Made by a program: the position numbers and the translations under genes. Under the pieces are notes generated by a model. It was not told the DNA's origin and made no database searches. It worked only from the letters and a program-made list of their open reading frames with translations. DNA of 64,000 nucleotides from the IMG/VR virus record IMGVR_UViG_3300044972_002389, positions 264,604 to 328,603 of that record, one strand, 5' to 3'. Positions 9,974 through 18,625 of this stretch are shown in pieces (position 1 is the first letter of the stretch; each line of letters opens with the position of its first letter).

Positions 9974-11068
9974 ATGAAACCTTTAGATTTATCCCGATTT
10001 AGAAAAGATATTGCCAAGAGCATTCCAGGACTATCAGTTGGCTTTCGCGATCCCAAGGTATGGATCTCAACAGGCAACTATGCACTCAATTATGCTATCT
10101 CTGGTAGATTCCGTGACGGTGGCATCCCGCTAGGCAAAGTAACAATGCTGGCTGGACAAAGTGGCAGTGGCAAGAGCTTTCTGGCAGCAGGAAACTTAAC
10201 CTCTAATGCACAGAAAAAAGATGTGTTTGTGGTGTTGATCGACAGTGAGAATGCACTAGATGAAAAATGGCTAAAGGCGCTAGATGTAGATACATCTGAG
10301 GACAAGCTTTTGAAGGCAAACTTGGCAATGATTGATGATGTTGCCAAGTTGATCTCAGATTTCATGAAGGACTACAAAGCTCGTTACAACAGCGTGAGTG
10401 AGGAAGAACGCCCTCGCGTGCTCTTTGTGATTGACAGTTTAGGCATGCTCCTAACTCCAACTGATGTCAATCAATTTGAGGCTGGTGAGCTCAAGGGTGA
10501 TATGGGGCGCAAGCCGCGTGCACTTGCTGCGCTTGTGCGAAATTGTGTTAACATGTTTGGTGAATATGATATCGGCATGATTTGCACAAACCACAGTTAT
10601 GCAAGCCAAGACATGTTCAATCCAGATGATGTCATTAGTGGTGGGCAAGGCCCCATCTACGCCAGCAGCATTGTGTTGGCTATGCGCAAACTCAAGCTCA
10701 AGGAAGATGAGATGGGCAACAAGACAACAGACGTCAAAGGTATCCGTGCTCAATGTCGTGTAATGAAGACGCGATATAACAAACCCTTTGAGACTGTTGA
10801 GGTTAAAATCCCATACGACCGAGGCATGGACCCCTACAGTGGCTTGTATGACCTGTTTGTTCAGAAAGGGTTGTTAGTCAAAGAAGGAAACAAGTGGTGT
10901 TACACTCGTTTGGATGGCACACAGATCAAGCAGTTTGAAAAAGCTTGGGATCGCAATGAAGATGGATGTCTTGATCAAATAATGAATGAGTTCCATCAGA
11001 AGCTAAGCAAAATTGCCCCTGTGTTAGAAGATATTGAAGTTCAAGAGCCTGAAGAAGATCTATCATAA
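9974..11068 (+). CDS. uvsX: RecA/UvsX recombinase
   Basis: ISTGNYALN, AGQSGSGKS, IDSENALD, VIDSLG, SGG motifs. Confidence 0.93.
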   Translation: MKPLDLSRFRKDIAKSIPGLSVGFRDPKVWISTGNYALNYAISGRFRDGGIPLGKVTMLAGQSGSGKSFLAAGNLTSNAQKKDVFVVLIDSENALDEKWLKALDVDTSEDKLLKANLAMIDDVAKLISDFMKDYKARYNSVSEEERPRVLFVIDSLGMLLTPTDVNQFEAGELKGDMGRKPRALAALVRNCVNMFGEYDIGMICTNHSYASQDMFNPDDVISGGQGPIYASSIVLAMRKLKLKEDEMGNKTTDVKGIRAQCRVMKTRYNKPFETVEVKIPYDRGMDPYSGLYDLFVQKGLLVKEGNKWCYTRLDGTQIKQFEKAWDRNEDGCLDQIMNEFHQKLSKIAPVLEDIEVQEPEEDLS

Positions 11069-11089
11069 CTTCCAATACATAGCAGTGCA

Positions 11090-11124
11090 AAGAGCGGGAC
11101 AAAATGTCCCGCTCTCATTGTTTT
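11090..11124 (+). terminator. hairpin separating uvsX from the bL33/RlmN cassette
   Basis: AGAGCGGGAC-AAAAT-GTCCCGCTCT followed by CATTGTTTT. Confidence 0.55.
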
Positions 11125-11167
11125 GAGCTGATTGCCATATATAATCACGCATAGCAGGAGACACAGG

Positions 11168-11359
11168 ATGGCAAAAGCAGCAACCGTAATTGTAATGTTG
11201 GTAAATCAAGACCATGATACACCAACCAAATACATGACGCATGTTACTACAAAAGGTGCAAAGTCTAGTGAAAAGTTGCGTCTGAAGAAGTATGACCCAG
11301 TGGTACAAAAACATTGTAACTTTGGTCAAAAAAAACTACCTTCGCCCAAATCCCGTTAA
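11168..11359 (+). CDS. rpmG: 50S ribosomal protein bL33 homolog (no Zn-ribbon)
   Basis: MAKAATVIVMLV...EKLRLKKYDPVVQKHCNF.QKK matches bL33 (MAKA.T.KI.L...K...KKYDP..+KHV.F.E.K); SD AGGAG at 11156-11160. Confidence 0.85.
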   Translation: MAKAATVIVMLVNQDHDTPTKYMTHVTTKGAKSSEKLRLKKYDPVVQKHCNFGQKKLPSPKSR

Positions 11360-11376
11360 CCAGAAAGTTTCAACGT

Positions 11377-12222
11377 ATGTTACAACAGATCAACTCGCAA
11401 CTGGATGCGAGTGTAAATTTTGTTGAGCAACAGCTGACAGGATTTATTGAGTCGCGTTATGTAAGACGTCAAGCTGACTATTTCATCGCGTATCTCAGTT
11501 CACAAACTGGCTGTAACCGTGGATGCCAAATGTGTCATCTCACTGCAACCAAACAAACACAATTTTCGAATCTGGACCAAAGTGATTTTGTCAGTCAGTT
11601 TGAAACTGTATTGTCTCATTATGAAAAAGACACTCCTGCGCAAACAGTGCACTTGAATTTCATGGCCCGGGGAGAGCCGCTAGCCAATACCACGATAACC
11701 AAAACTGGAACAGAACTTTTTTGGCGACTGGGTAACATGGCACGAGACCGAGGACTGCGAGTAAAATTCAACGTGTCTACCATTATGCCAGTAACGCTCA
11801 AAAAAAGCCTGTGTGAAGTGTTCCCTCTTATCCCGGCGAATGTGTATTACTCCATATATTCAATAAATTCTTCATTTAGAAACAAATGGTTACCAGCTGC
11901 GATGCCAGTAGAGCGTGCGCTAGCTAATCTCAAGGAATATCAACAAGTTTCAAAAAAGATCATCAAGTTTCACGGTGCATTTATCAAGGGCGAAAATGAC
12001 AGTGAACAAGATGTTGAAGAGCTGATGAACACCATTGCTGAATACAGTTTTCACAGTGAGTTCAACATTGTGAGATACAATCCCTATAGCAGTCAACAGG
12101 GTGAAGAAAGTCTACGGGTGGATGACATAGCTGCACAAATCCAGCAATATATGCCCTGTAAGATTATTCCGAAAGTTGGTCAAGACGTATATGCAAGTTG
12201 CGGCCAATTTGTACCCAAGTAA
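11377..12222 (+). CDS. RlmN/Cfr-like radical SAM protein
   Basis: SSQTGCNRGCQMC (CX3CX2C), FMARGEPLAN (cf. MGMGEP), C-terminal DVYASCGQF (cf. DI.AACGQL). Confidence 0.85.
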   Translation: MLQQINSQLDASVNFVEQQLTGFIESRYVRRQADYFIAYLSSQTGCNRGCQMCHLTATKQTQFSNLDQSDFVSQFETVLSHYEKDTPAQTVHLNFMARGEPLANTTITKTGTELFWRLGNMARDRGLRVKFNVSTIMPVTLKKSLCEVFPLIPANVYYSIYSINSSFRNKWLPAAMPVERALANLKEYQQVSKKIIKFHGAFIKGENDSEQDVEELMNTIAEYSFHSEFNIVRYNPYSSQQGEESLRVDDIAAQIQQYMPCKIIPKVGQDVYASCGQFVPK

Positions 12223-12261
12223 CCTTTAAATAACCCCAGATTTTTTGTGGAGATCAAACTA

Positions 12262-12480
12262 ATGGAAATTGATGCAAAACTAATTGCAGAGCTTTGGGAA
12301 ACAGTCAAGGACTTGATTCCCTCTGGCAAGCGAGACGATGTGGCACTGGAATTCATCAGTGTTTTTGAAGAAAATGATGTAGAGATTCATGATCTTGACT
12401 CACTGCGTGGTGCAGATGACAGCCTTGATTCTGCCCTTGATGAACTCTATGGAGATGTTGACGTAGACGACGACTGCTAG
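12262..12480 (+). CDS. small acidic hypothetical protein
   Basis: After TAAATA at 12227; SD GGAG. Confidence 0.55.
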   Translation: MEIDAKLIAELWETVKDLIPSGKRDDVALEFISVFEENDVEIHDLDSLRGADDSLDSALDELYGDVDVDDDC

Positions 12481-12491
12481 TATCAATTGTC

Positions 12492-12944
12492 ATGTGGTTT
12501 AACAGAGTAAAAAACGACCTATCGCAAATTCCTGATATGGTCGACTACTACAACAATGAGCTTGAGGTTGCTCAAAAAGAATGCAAGGTTTTTGGCAGCC
12601 TTGAAAAAAACAGTCAAGAGCTGCCAGGTCAGGTAAGTTGGCGTTTCAGTCAACTGCAAGAGATTGAGGCTGTGTTGAAACATCTCAACAACCAAGTGGA
12701 CAAAATGAGAAGCGACTTTTATCGTCGCTATCTCGAACGCTACAACAGAGAATTGAGTGACCGCGCCATTGAAAAATACATTGATGGCGAGGCTGATGTT
12801 CAAACAATGATGAGTCTAGTGAATGAGGTGGCATTGATTCGCAACAAGTATCTTGGTGTAATCAAGTCAATGGAGATCAAGGGTTTTCAACTTAACAATA
12901 TCATACGCCTTAGGTCTGTGGGTATGAATGATATTGCGCTCTAA
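12492..12944 (+). CDS. uvsY: recombination mediator UvsY-like
   Basis: Y.R.LS.RAIEKYIDGEADV...K.LE.KGFQLNNI.RLR pattern; close to uvsX. Confidence 0.75.
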   Translation: MWFNRVKNDLSQIPDMVDYYNNELEVAQKECKVFGSLEKNSQELPGQVSWRFSQLQEIEAVLKHLNNQVDKMRSDFYRRYLERYNRELSDRAIEKYIDGEADVQTMMSLVNEVALIRNKYLGVIKSMEIKGFQLNNIIRLRSVGMNDIAL

Positions 12945-13252
12945 CTCCCACAGACTTCATCCCGCAAGATCTGTTCCATCTCATCTGGAGTTACTTGGCC
13001 ACATTCCAACACAGTGTAGAGCTGGGCTAGCTTATGGCCCCAGCTTTCATCATGCCTGTTGAGACAGTCAACAGTTTCTGCCATTTTGGTGACCAATATA
13101 TTTTGACTTGTCCAAAGCTGCTCTAAAGCACTCACACTGCCTTTTAGTAAGCTGATCAATTCAGTCTGGGACAGTGTGTTTTCCTTCTCTAATGAGTTCT
13201 TCAAATGGGTCAAAAAATCATTTGGGTTATCAAACATCAAAACTTTGTTCAT
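12941..13252 (-). CDS. hypothetical protein
   Basis: 103-aa ORF filling the gap. Confidence 0.5.
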   Translation of the reverse strand: MNKVLMFDNPNDFLTHLKNSLEKENTLSQTELISLLKGSVSALEQLWTSQNILVTKMAETVDCLNRHDESWGHKLAQLYTVLECGQVTPDEMEQILRDEVCGS

Positions 13253-13310
13253 ATGAAAATTATGAAAGATCTATTTTGGGTTTGTCTATTGAAACCATTA
13301 CACTCCCTGC

Positions 13311-14123
13311 ATGATCAAATTATTTTTTGCTATCTCAGCTCTTATATTCTCACTTAGTGATGCCTATGCTCAACAAACGCCGCCAAGGCCTATGGAGGCA
13401 TGTCAATCAGAAGCGCCGTGGGGGTTTCCCACTGCCAATTTACCCACTGGCCAACCCATCTGTCGCATGGCTTATGCGTTATTGCACGACAATAGGGCAA
13501 AGATACCATTATGGACTGTCTATACGATTACGCCTGAAAAGGCCATGGGGTGTGGAAAGAGAAGTGATGCATTCTCTCCAGACCAAAGCTTGCCTCGTGG
13601 TGAGCGAGCTGAATTGGGCGACTATCGACAATCAGGATATGACACTGGTCACATGGTGAATTCAGCCGATATGTTGTGGAGTGTTACTGCTGAGCGTGAG
13701 AGTTTCATCCTCAGCAATATGAGCCCGCAATTGGCTAATGTAAACCGCGGTGCGTGGAAAACTCTAGAGACTGGTATCAGAGGATGGACCCAACAGACTA
13801 ATGATACCTATACCGTTTACAGCGGAAACATTTATGATGTGATGACTGCCAAAACCATTGGCCGCAATGCAGTAGTAGTGCCCAACAGCCTCTGGAAGGT
13901 TGTTGTAAGCCATCGCACTGGCGAGGCGTGGGCTTTTCTTTTTCCCAATCAACCCAACATCTCTACAGAACTCAAAAGCTTCCAGGTCACAGTAGTTGAA
14001 CTGGAATCTCTTGTGGGATATGAAATTCCCATGCCAGGCGATAAAACTGCTAAACCCTTCTTACTTCCTGTTCGATCTGTAAGTGAGGCTCGGCAAGCAG
14101 CTTGTACTTTGCCTCAGAGGTAA
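13311..14123 (+). CDS. DNA/RNA non-specific endonuclease (NucA/EndoG family) with signal peptide
   Basis: SGYDTGHM, ESF.LSNMSPQ...NRG.W..LE motifs; hydrophobic N-terminus ending AYA. Confidence 0.88.
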   Translation: MIKLFFAISALIFSLSDAYAQQTPPRPMEACQSEAPWGFPTANLPTGQPICRMAYALLHDNRAKIPLWTVYTITPEKAMGCGKRSDAFSPDQSLPRGERAELGDYRQSGYDTGHMVNSADMLWSVTAERESFILSNMSPQLANVNRGAWKTLETGIRGWTQQTNDTYTVYSGNIYDVMTAKTIGRNAVVVPNSLWKVVVSHRTGEAWAFLFPNQPNISTELKSFQVTVVELESLVGYEIPMPGDKTAKPFLLPVRSVSEARQAACTLPQR

Positions 14124-14843
14124 TTACACCTTATCCCAAAAGGTCAAAACTGCTGACCGGGCAGAACTCAGTCGCATACCAGCAGCAACAGCCTTTTGAA
14201 TAATGTCAGATTGAGACGCACCTTGGGGCTTATGTGTGCGGATCCATTCCCGGATCCTAGCCGCATAAGATCCATCCTTCTGAGAAGGGATCTTGGTGGT
14301 TGTATTTCCAGAGACATCAATCCCTGGAATAATTTGTTTACGCCAATTGCAACTCCGATCAATCCACCCCTTGGCCTTGAATCGGTACTTATGGCCCTTC
14401 TGCACCTTTGTGTGTCTATGAGCCGAGATCACCACTTCTTGCCCAGTGGAGGTAGTGTAGTGGTAGTTTCCGCCAGAGTATGTGGTTTTGTAGCTGTGGT
14501 AGATGCTGCCATTACCTCCCAGTGCTACACAAACCCTCTTCCAACCCTGGTCATGATCCCGGCCCAAACTGGGGTTCATGAAACACACGATGTGCGCCAC
14601 CTCATGTGCTGTGGCATTTTGTAGCACATCATCAAACTCAGACCCTTGGATAACCTGTTGGTTGAAATGCACAGAATACTTACGAGTGAACGTGCGCTGG
14701 CAAATCCGGCAGCAGGCCTTTCCAGCCTTCATCCCTCGAAGGTCAAAGCGAATCGCAGTCTGCCGCAAATTCAAGCCATACAGCTGATCAGCAAGCTCAA
14801 AAAGGCTGTGCACCTTTTGAGTCATCTGTGCCAAGCGATCCAT
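14124..14843 (-). CDS. SprT-like zinc metalloprotease
   Basis: F.LRG.KAG, HEVAH, H..GWK.V motifs. Confidence 0.8.
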   Translation of the reverse strand: MDRLAQMTQKVHSLFELADQLYGLNLRQTAIRFDLRGMKAGKACCRICQRTFTRKYSVHFNQQVIQGSEFDDVLQNATAHEVAHIVCFMNPSLGRDHDQGWKRVCVALGGNGSIYHSYKTTYSGGNYHYTTSTGQEVVISAHRHTKVQKGHKYRFKAKGWIDRSCNWRKQIIPGIDVSGNTTTKIPSQKDGSYAARIREWIRTHKPQGASQSDIIQKAVAAGMRLSSARSAVLTFWDKV

Positions 14844-14868
14844 ACTCACAGTCCCTTGTTTGCCCAGC

Positions 14869-14896
14869 AATGTAGCTGAATTTGCGACGCTGTCAA
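14869..14896 (-). promoter_or_regulatory. host sigma70-type early promoter (alphaproteobacterial type)
   Basis: TTGACA-N14-GCTACATT on the minus strand; similar elements near 15358-15385(-), 15642-15670(+) and 15963-15990(+). Confidence 0.55.
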
Positions 14897-14902
14897 TCCA
14901 GT

Positions 14903-15037
14903 TTAGGTCCGTGCCAGCTGAGCTTCCTGGGCAGCCTCCCGTTCAACCTGCCGAAGCAGAGAGTCGGAAACAGCTCCGCCCCCAGAGAGGATCACCAGGA
15001 GCCGGTGCAGACGCTGAGCAGAAGATTCGTGAGCCAT
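14903..15037 (-). CDS. small hypothetical protein (44 aa)
   Basis: Not in the ORF track. MAHESSAQRLHRLLVILSGGGAVSDSLLRQVEREAAQEAQLART; SD GAAAGGA. Confidence 0.5.
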   Translation of the reverse strand: MAHESSAQRLHRLLVILSGGGAVSDSLLRQVEREAAQEAQLART

Positions 15038-15063
15038 TTTGTAGGTCCTTTCAGTTTAGTGTG

Positions 15064-15336
15064 TCAAGTGTTGAGCACGTGAACAGTAACGCCAGCCAGC
15101 TGAGGCATATGCTGGAGGGTGTTAGGGCTGGGTGCCATCACCCAAGCAGTCACCTCTCCATAGTGCATAACTCGGCGCTGGATTGTGAACTCTGCCTCAC
15201 TCCCAGTGCGATGGCTCACCAAACGCAAGCCATCATACCAGAAGCTGTGGCCCCCGCGATCCACCTGACTGGCCTCCACCACAAACCTACGCAGTTGGCG
15301 GCAGTAAGTCATGTCCTTGGTGTTTACAAGCATCAC
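15064..15336 (-). CDS. hypothetical protein
   Basis: 90-aa ORF with GGAG SD and upstream promoter. Confidence 0.6.
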   Translation of the reverse strand: MMLVNTKDMTYCRQLRRFVVEASQVDRGGHSFWYDGLRLVSHRTGSEAEFTIQRRVMHYGEVTAWVMAPSPNTLQHMPQLAGVTVHVLNT

Positions 15337-15381
15337 TGTTCTCCGTGCAACAACTGCAATTTAGCAGATTTTTTGACGAGG

Positions 15382-15549
15382 TCAAGCCTTTGGTGGAAAA
15401 ACCTTATCAAAAACCAAACCAGCAACCATACCACAGGATGCTCCCACCACAAAGCTCCAGAAAAAACTCAACTCAAACATTACCGACACAGCCACCGCTC
15501 CAACTGCTGCCAGGACTGCTGCCACTAGGTATGCAACTGCGTAAAACAT
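15382..15549 (-). CDS. small two-TM membrane protein (55 aa)
   Basis: Not in the ORF track. MFYAVAYLVAAVLAAVGAVAVSVMFELSFFWSFVVGASCGMVAGLVFDKVFPPKA; SD GAGAGGG. Confidence 0.55.
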   Translation of the reverse strand: MFYAVAYLVAAVLAAVGAVAVSVMFELSFFWSFVVGASCGMVAGLVFDKVFPPKA

Positions 15550-15697
15550 CTGTTACCCTCTCTTGCACATTTATGCCCCAGCATAAGACTCCAATGACAT
15601 CTGTCAAGCCCAAAATTCTCCAAATAAGACGGTTTTTTCCATAGACAAGCCAGCATCACACAGCTATATTGCGTGGGCAAACAAGGAGCATACGCAA

Positions 15698-15934
15698 ATG
15701 GACAAGCTTACTACAGCACTGCGGAACAATGTAGTTGTTGTGACCTTCAAGAAGGTTGATGGAACGGTGCGTAAGATGCGTGCCACAACGGACGCGAGCC
15801 GCTTCATCTACGAAAGCAAAGCCACTGGTGAGCGCAAGCGCAATGACGGTGTTACTGTGCTGTGGGATATGGACAAGGGCCAGTGGCGTAGCATGCGGAA
15901 CGACAGCTTGATTGAGTGGCAAGTGGAAGCTTAA
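15698..15934 (+). CDS. SH3/WYL_2-like small phage protein
   Basis: V.VTFKKVDG.VR.M.AT...WDMDK..WRS motif; SD AAGGAG. Confidence 0.7.
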   Translation: MDKLTTALRNNVVVVTFKKVDGTVRKMRATTDASRFIYESKATGERKRNDGVTVLWDMDKGQWRSMRNDSLIEWQVEA

Positions 15935-16015
15935 CTTTTTGAGGCAATGCAAGGAAAACCTCTTGCATTGCCTTTTCTCCCTGCTATACTGCTGAGGCAA
16001 ACAAGGAGCCTACCA

Positions 16016-17059
16016 ATGGAACTGGAAAACGCTTTTGTGCGTGTGATCAAAGGAAACACACGGCAGGGAGTGAGCGTTGACGGAACTGTGTTCCGTCTGC
16101 TGGGCCATCTCAATACTGATCAGTGGGGCACCTATATCACTGTAGATGGTCGTGGGCATGAAGGTACCCGGAATGGTAAAGCCCGGATTTATGTCAGCGC
16201 AACCGGCTATCAGATGATTGATGCCCAAGGTGCAGTGCAAGCTGACCCTGATATTATGAGCTTTGAGGAAACTGACTCCCGAACCGATGCAGAGATTGGT
16301 GCGGATCTCAAAGAGACTTTTGAGATTGTGGCTGAGATGACAGAGGCCACCACAACGGGTGTGATCAAGGGTTTGATCATCTCGGGGCCTGCTGGTATTG
16401 GCAAAAGCCACACTGTTGAGACGGTGCTGGACGAAACTGTTGGGATGCAATGCAAGCTTCAGGGCTTGGAGCCCAAGTATGAAATCATAAAAGGCAATCT
16501 CAGTGCCATTATTCTGTATTGCACCTTGTATCGCTACAGCAGCAAGGGCTCGGTGCTGGTGCTGGATGACTGCGATGGGCTGCTGTATGATGAAGATGGC
16601 TTGAACGTGCTGAAAGCAGTTTTGGACACCAAGAAGACCCGGCGGGTGCATTGGGGCACCAGCAGTACTGTCCTTGAAAAGGAAGGAGTGCCCACCAGCT
16701 TTGAGTTTGAAGGTTCAGTTGTGTTCCTCACCAACATCAAGTGGGACAATCCCAAGAGCCCTCGCATTGCCAACCATCTCAATGCAATAATGAGTCGAGT
16801 TCACTATTTGGACCTCAAGGTCGACACACTGCGTGAGCGTGTTATTCACATGCGTAATGTAGTTGACACAACGGACATGCTGTGGGAATACAATTTCAAC
16901 AAGAGGGATGTGGATGATCTCATGGGGTGGGTGATGGAAAACATCAACCGGATTCAGTTTGTAGACCTCAGGACCGTGCTGAAGGCAGCAGACCTAAAGC
17001 GTGCGATGCCCACGACGTGGCGCAAGCGTGCTGATCGAACACTGTGCAAGAGGGGTTGA
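16016..17059 (+). CDS. AAA-family ATPase
   Basis: GPAGIGKS Walker A, LVLDDCD Walker B; SD AAGGAG. Confidence 0.8.
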   Translation: MELENAFVRVIKGNTRQGVSVDGTVFRLLGHLNTDQWGTYITVDGRGHEGTRNGKARIYVSATGYQMIDAQGAVQADPDIMSFEETDSRTDAEIGADLKETFEIVAEMTEATTTGVIKGLIISGPAGIGKSHTVETVLDETVGMQCKLQGLEPKYEIIKGNLSAIILYCTLYRYSSKGSVLVLDDCDGLLYDEDGLNVLKAVLDTKKTRRVHWGTSSTVLEKEGVPTSFEFEGSVVFLTNIKWDNPKSPRIANHLNAIMSRVHYLDLKVDTLRERVIHMRNVVDTTDMLWEYNFNKRDVDDLMGWVMENINRIQFVDLRTVLKAADLKRAMPTTWRKRADRTLCKRG

Positions 17060-17061
17060 AT

Positions 17062-17337
17062 ATGCGAGTCACATGTTTTGTGCCTGTCCAGGAAGATTGG
17101 TATGGTAACTTCCAGATTGCGGATGACAGGCGGCACGATCTTACGCTACTCGTGCAGGTGAGTGCCATGAGTCTCAGCAATGGGCAATACCGGGTGTGCG
17201 TTTGGGGCAATGATGATTTTGGCTTTGAACGGGACTTTGAGCAGCCAGGCGAGGCCATGGTGCTGTATCAGCTGATTGTGAGCCAGCCCTATCCCACCCA
17301 AACTTGGCTCAAGAACCTTGATATGGTTCGGGCTTGA
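17062..17337 (+). CDS. hypothetical protein
   Basis: Tightly packed ORF in the early cluster. Confidence 0.55.
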   Translation: MRVTCFVPVQEDWYGNFQIADDRRHDLTLLVQVSAMSLSNGQYRVCVWGNDDFGFERDFEQPGEAMVLYQLIVSQPYPTQTWLKNLDMVRA

Positions 17338-17360
17338 TAGATACAGAAAGGAAAAATGGC

Positions 17361-17534
17361 ATGAAGCGAGTGCTGGTGACTGTGGAGTTCACACTCCGCG
17401 ATGACGACAGGCTGCATGAGATGAGCGAGGAGGCCCTGGCCACCGAAGTGCGCCATCTCTTTGAGCAAGAACAAGGGGGCGTTGCCATGTATGGCTTCAC
17501 GGGCGTGATGGCACTGATGGCCAAGGAGATTTAG
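17361..17534 (+). CDS. hypothetical protein
   Basis: Tightly packed ORF with purine-rich SD. Confidence 0.45.
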   Translation: MKRVLVTVEFTLRDDDRLHEMSEEALATEVRHLFEQEQGGVAMYGFTGVMALMAKEI

Positions 17535-17535
17535 C

Positions 17536-17730
17536 ATGACTACGGGCGAGAAATCAACAAAAACACTCCAACCCCACAACAAGGTAGTGAAGTCTCTTTT
17601 AAACCTTCGAGACGAACTGTATCTGAGATCGAATGATGCATCGTCTGACGAGATCTTTTTCAAGATCAACTCCTGCCTGTATAAAGAGTATCCCCATATC
17701 GGGGACACAGATGTAGCACAGGAGGAATAG
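17536..17730 (+). CDS. hypothetical protein
   Basis: SD AAGGAG, tightly packed. Confidence 0.5.
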   Translation: MTTGEKSTKTLQPHNKVVKSLLNLRDELYLRSNDASSDEIFFKINSCLYKEYPHIGDTDVAQEE

Positions 17731-17731
17731 C

Positions 17732-18010
17732 ATGACACTGGACCAAGTTATCCGCAACCTTGAGAACACCATCCTGGGCAAGCGCGGCTTGCTATTTGAC
17801 AGCATCAACTTTTACACAGGCGGAGATGGGGTGGCTGAGCGAGTCACGTCAGAGTTCCTCCGAGTGAACATCAGCGAGCTGGAGCGCATCCTAGCTGACC
17901 TCAAAAAAGTGCAAGAGGCAGCTACAGCAGCCAGCTGGGAACGCAACCCAGACCGTATGGGAGGTTGCTACACCCAAGAAGAGATTGACGCAAGCCAACG
18001 TTACCGCTAA
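17732..18010 (+). CDS. hypothetical protein
   Basis: SD GGAGG. Confidence 0.55.
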   Translation: MTLDQVIRNLENTILGKRGLLFDSINFYTGGDGVAERVTSEFLRVNISELERILADLKKVQEAATAASWERNPDRMGGCYTQEEIDASQRYR

Positions 18011-18034
18011 AGTGCGCAAACAAGGAGAATATTC

Positions 18035-18427
18035 ATGACACCTACCGATCAAGCTGCGCTGACTTATCTCGCAGAGTTCCTCAAGCGCAATCCGCAAATC
18101 CTGAAAACAGCTTACGGTAAGCATGCTGAGGGCAATGAAATGCAGGAGTTTCAAAGCTATTGTGAAAATTCCAGCAACTGGCAAATGTTGGGGCCGCGCC
18201 CGCCTAACGAGGATGACTATTTCAAGGGCACCAGTATTGGAGTGTATCTTGAGGGTTCCACCCCAAATGAATACGTTGAACCAACCAACACTGTGCCAGC
18301 CGTCAAGGTCTCACAGATGCGCTATTTTGCGGTGCTGGATGAGATGAGTGACTGTGGCTTCAACCTACTGGAAATGAAAGACGGCAGTTTCCGAGTGGGC
18401 CAGCTTGCTGACAATTGGCCGGAATAA
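18035..18427 (+). CDS. hypothetical protein
   Basis: SD AAGGAG. Confidence 0.55.
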   Translation: MTPTDQAALTYLAEFLKRNPQILKTAYGKHAEGNEMQEFQSYCENSSNWQMLGPRPPNEDDYFKGTSIGVYLEGSTPNEYVEPTNTVPAVKVSQMRYFAVLDEMSDCGFNLLEMKDGSFRVGQLADNWPE

Positions 18428-18441
18428 GAAAGGAAATCAAG

Positions 18442-18624
18442 ATGGGTAACATTCTCGTCGTAACTCTCATGCTCACAGGAGATCCTTCTTTTGAGCCCAG
18501 GCGCCTGGACACTGTGAGCAAAGGCTGCGAGTTCGAACGGGCCACTGTGGCTGGCATGAACCGTGCCGAAGCTGAGGCTGGAACCAACCGCCGCTATATG
18601 CCCTACTGCGTGGGGAAGATGTAA
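18442..18624 (+). CDS. hypothetical protein
   Basis: SD AAGGA. Confidence 0.45.
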   Translation: MGNILVVTLMLTGDPSFEPRRLDTVSKGCEFERATVAGMNRAEAEAGTNRRYMPYCVGKM

Positions 18625-18625
18625 G

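Noticed and set aside
11377-12222. Calling the gene cfr (antibiotic resistance) or bona fide rlmN
   Set aside because: Missing C118-equivalent, altered MGMGEP motif and no N-terminal domain; specificity cannot be inferred
14860-15528. 222-aa plus-strand ORF and other long antisense ORFs (e.g. 16010..16651, 24819..25412, 31724..32278)
   Set aside because: Shadows of better-supported genes on the opposite strand; no SD or recognisable motifs
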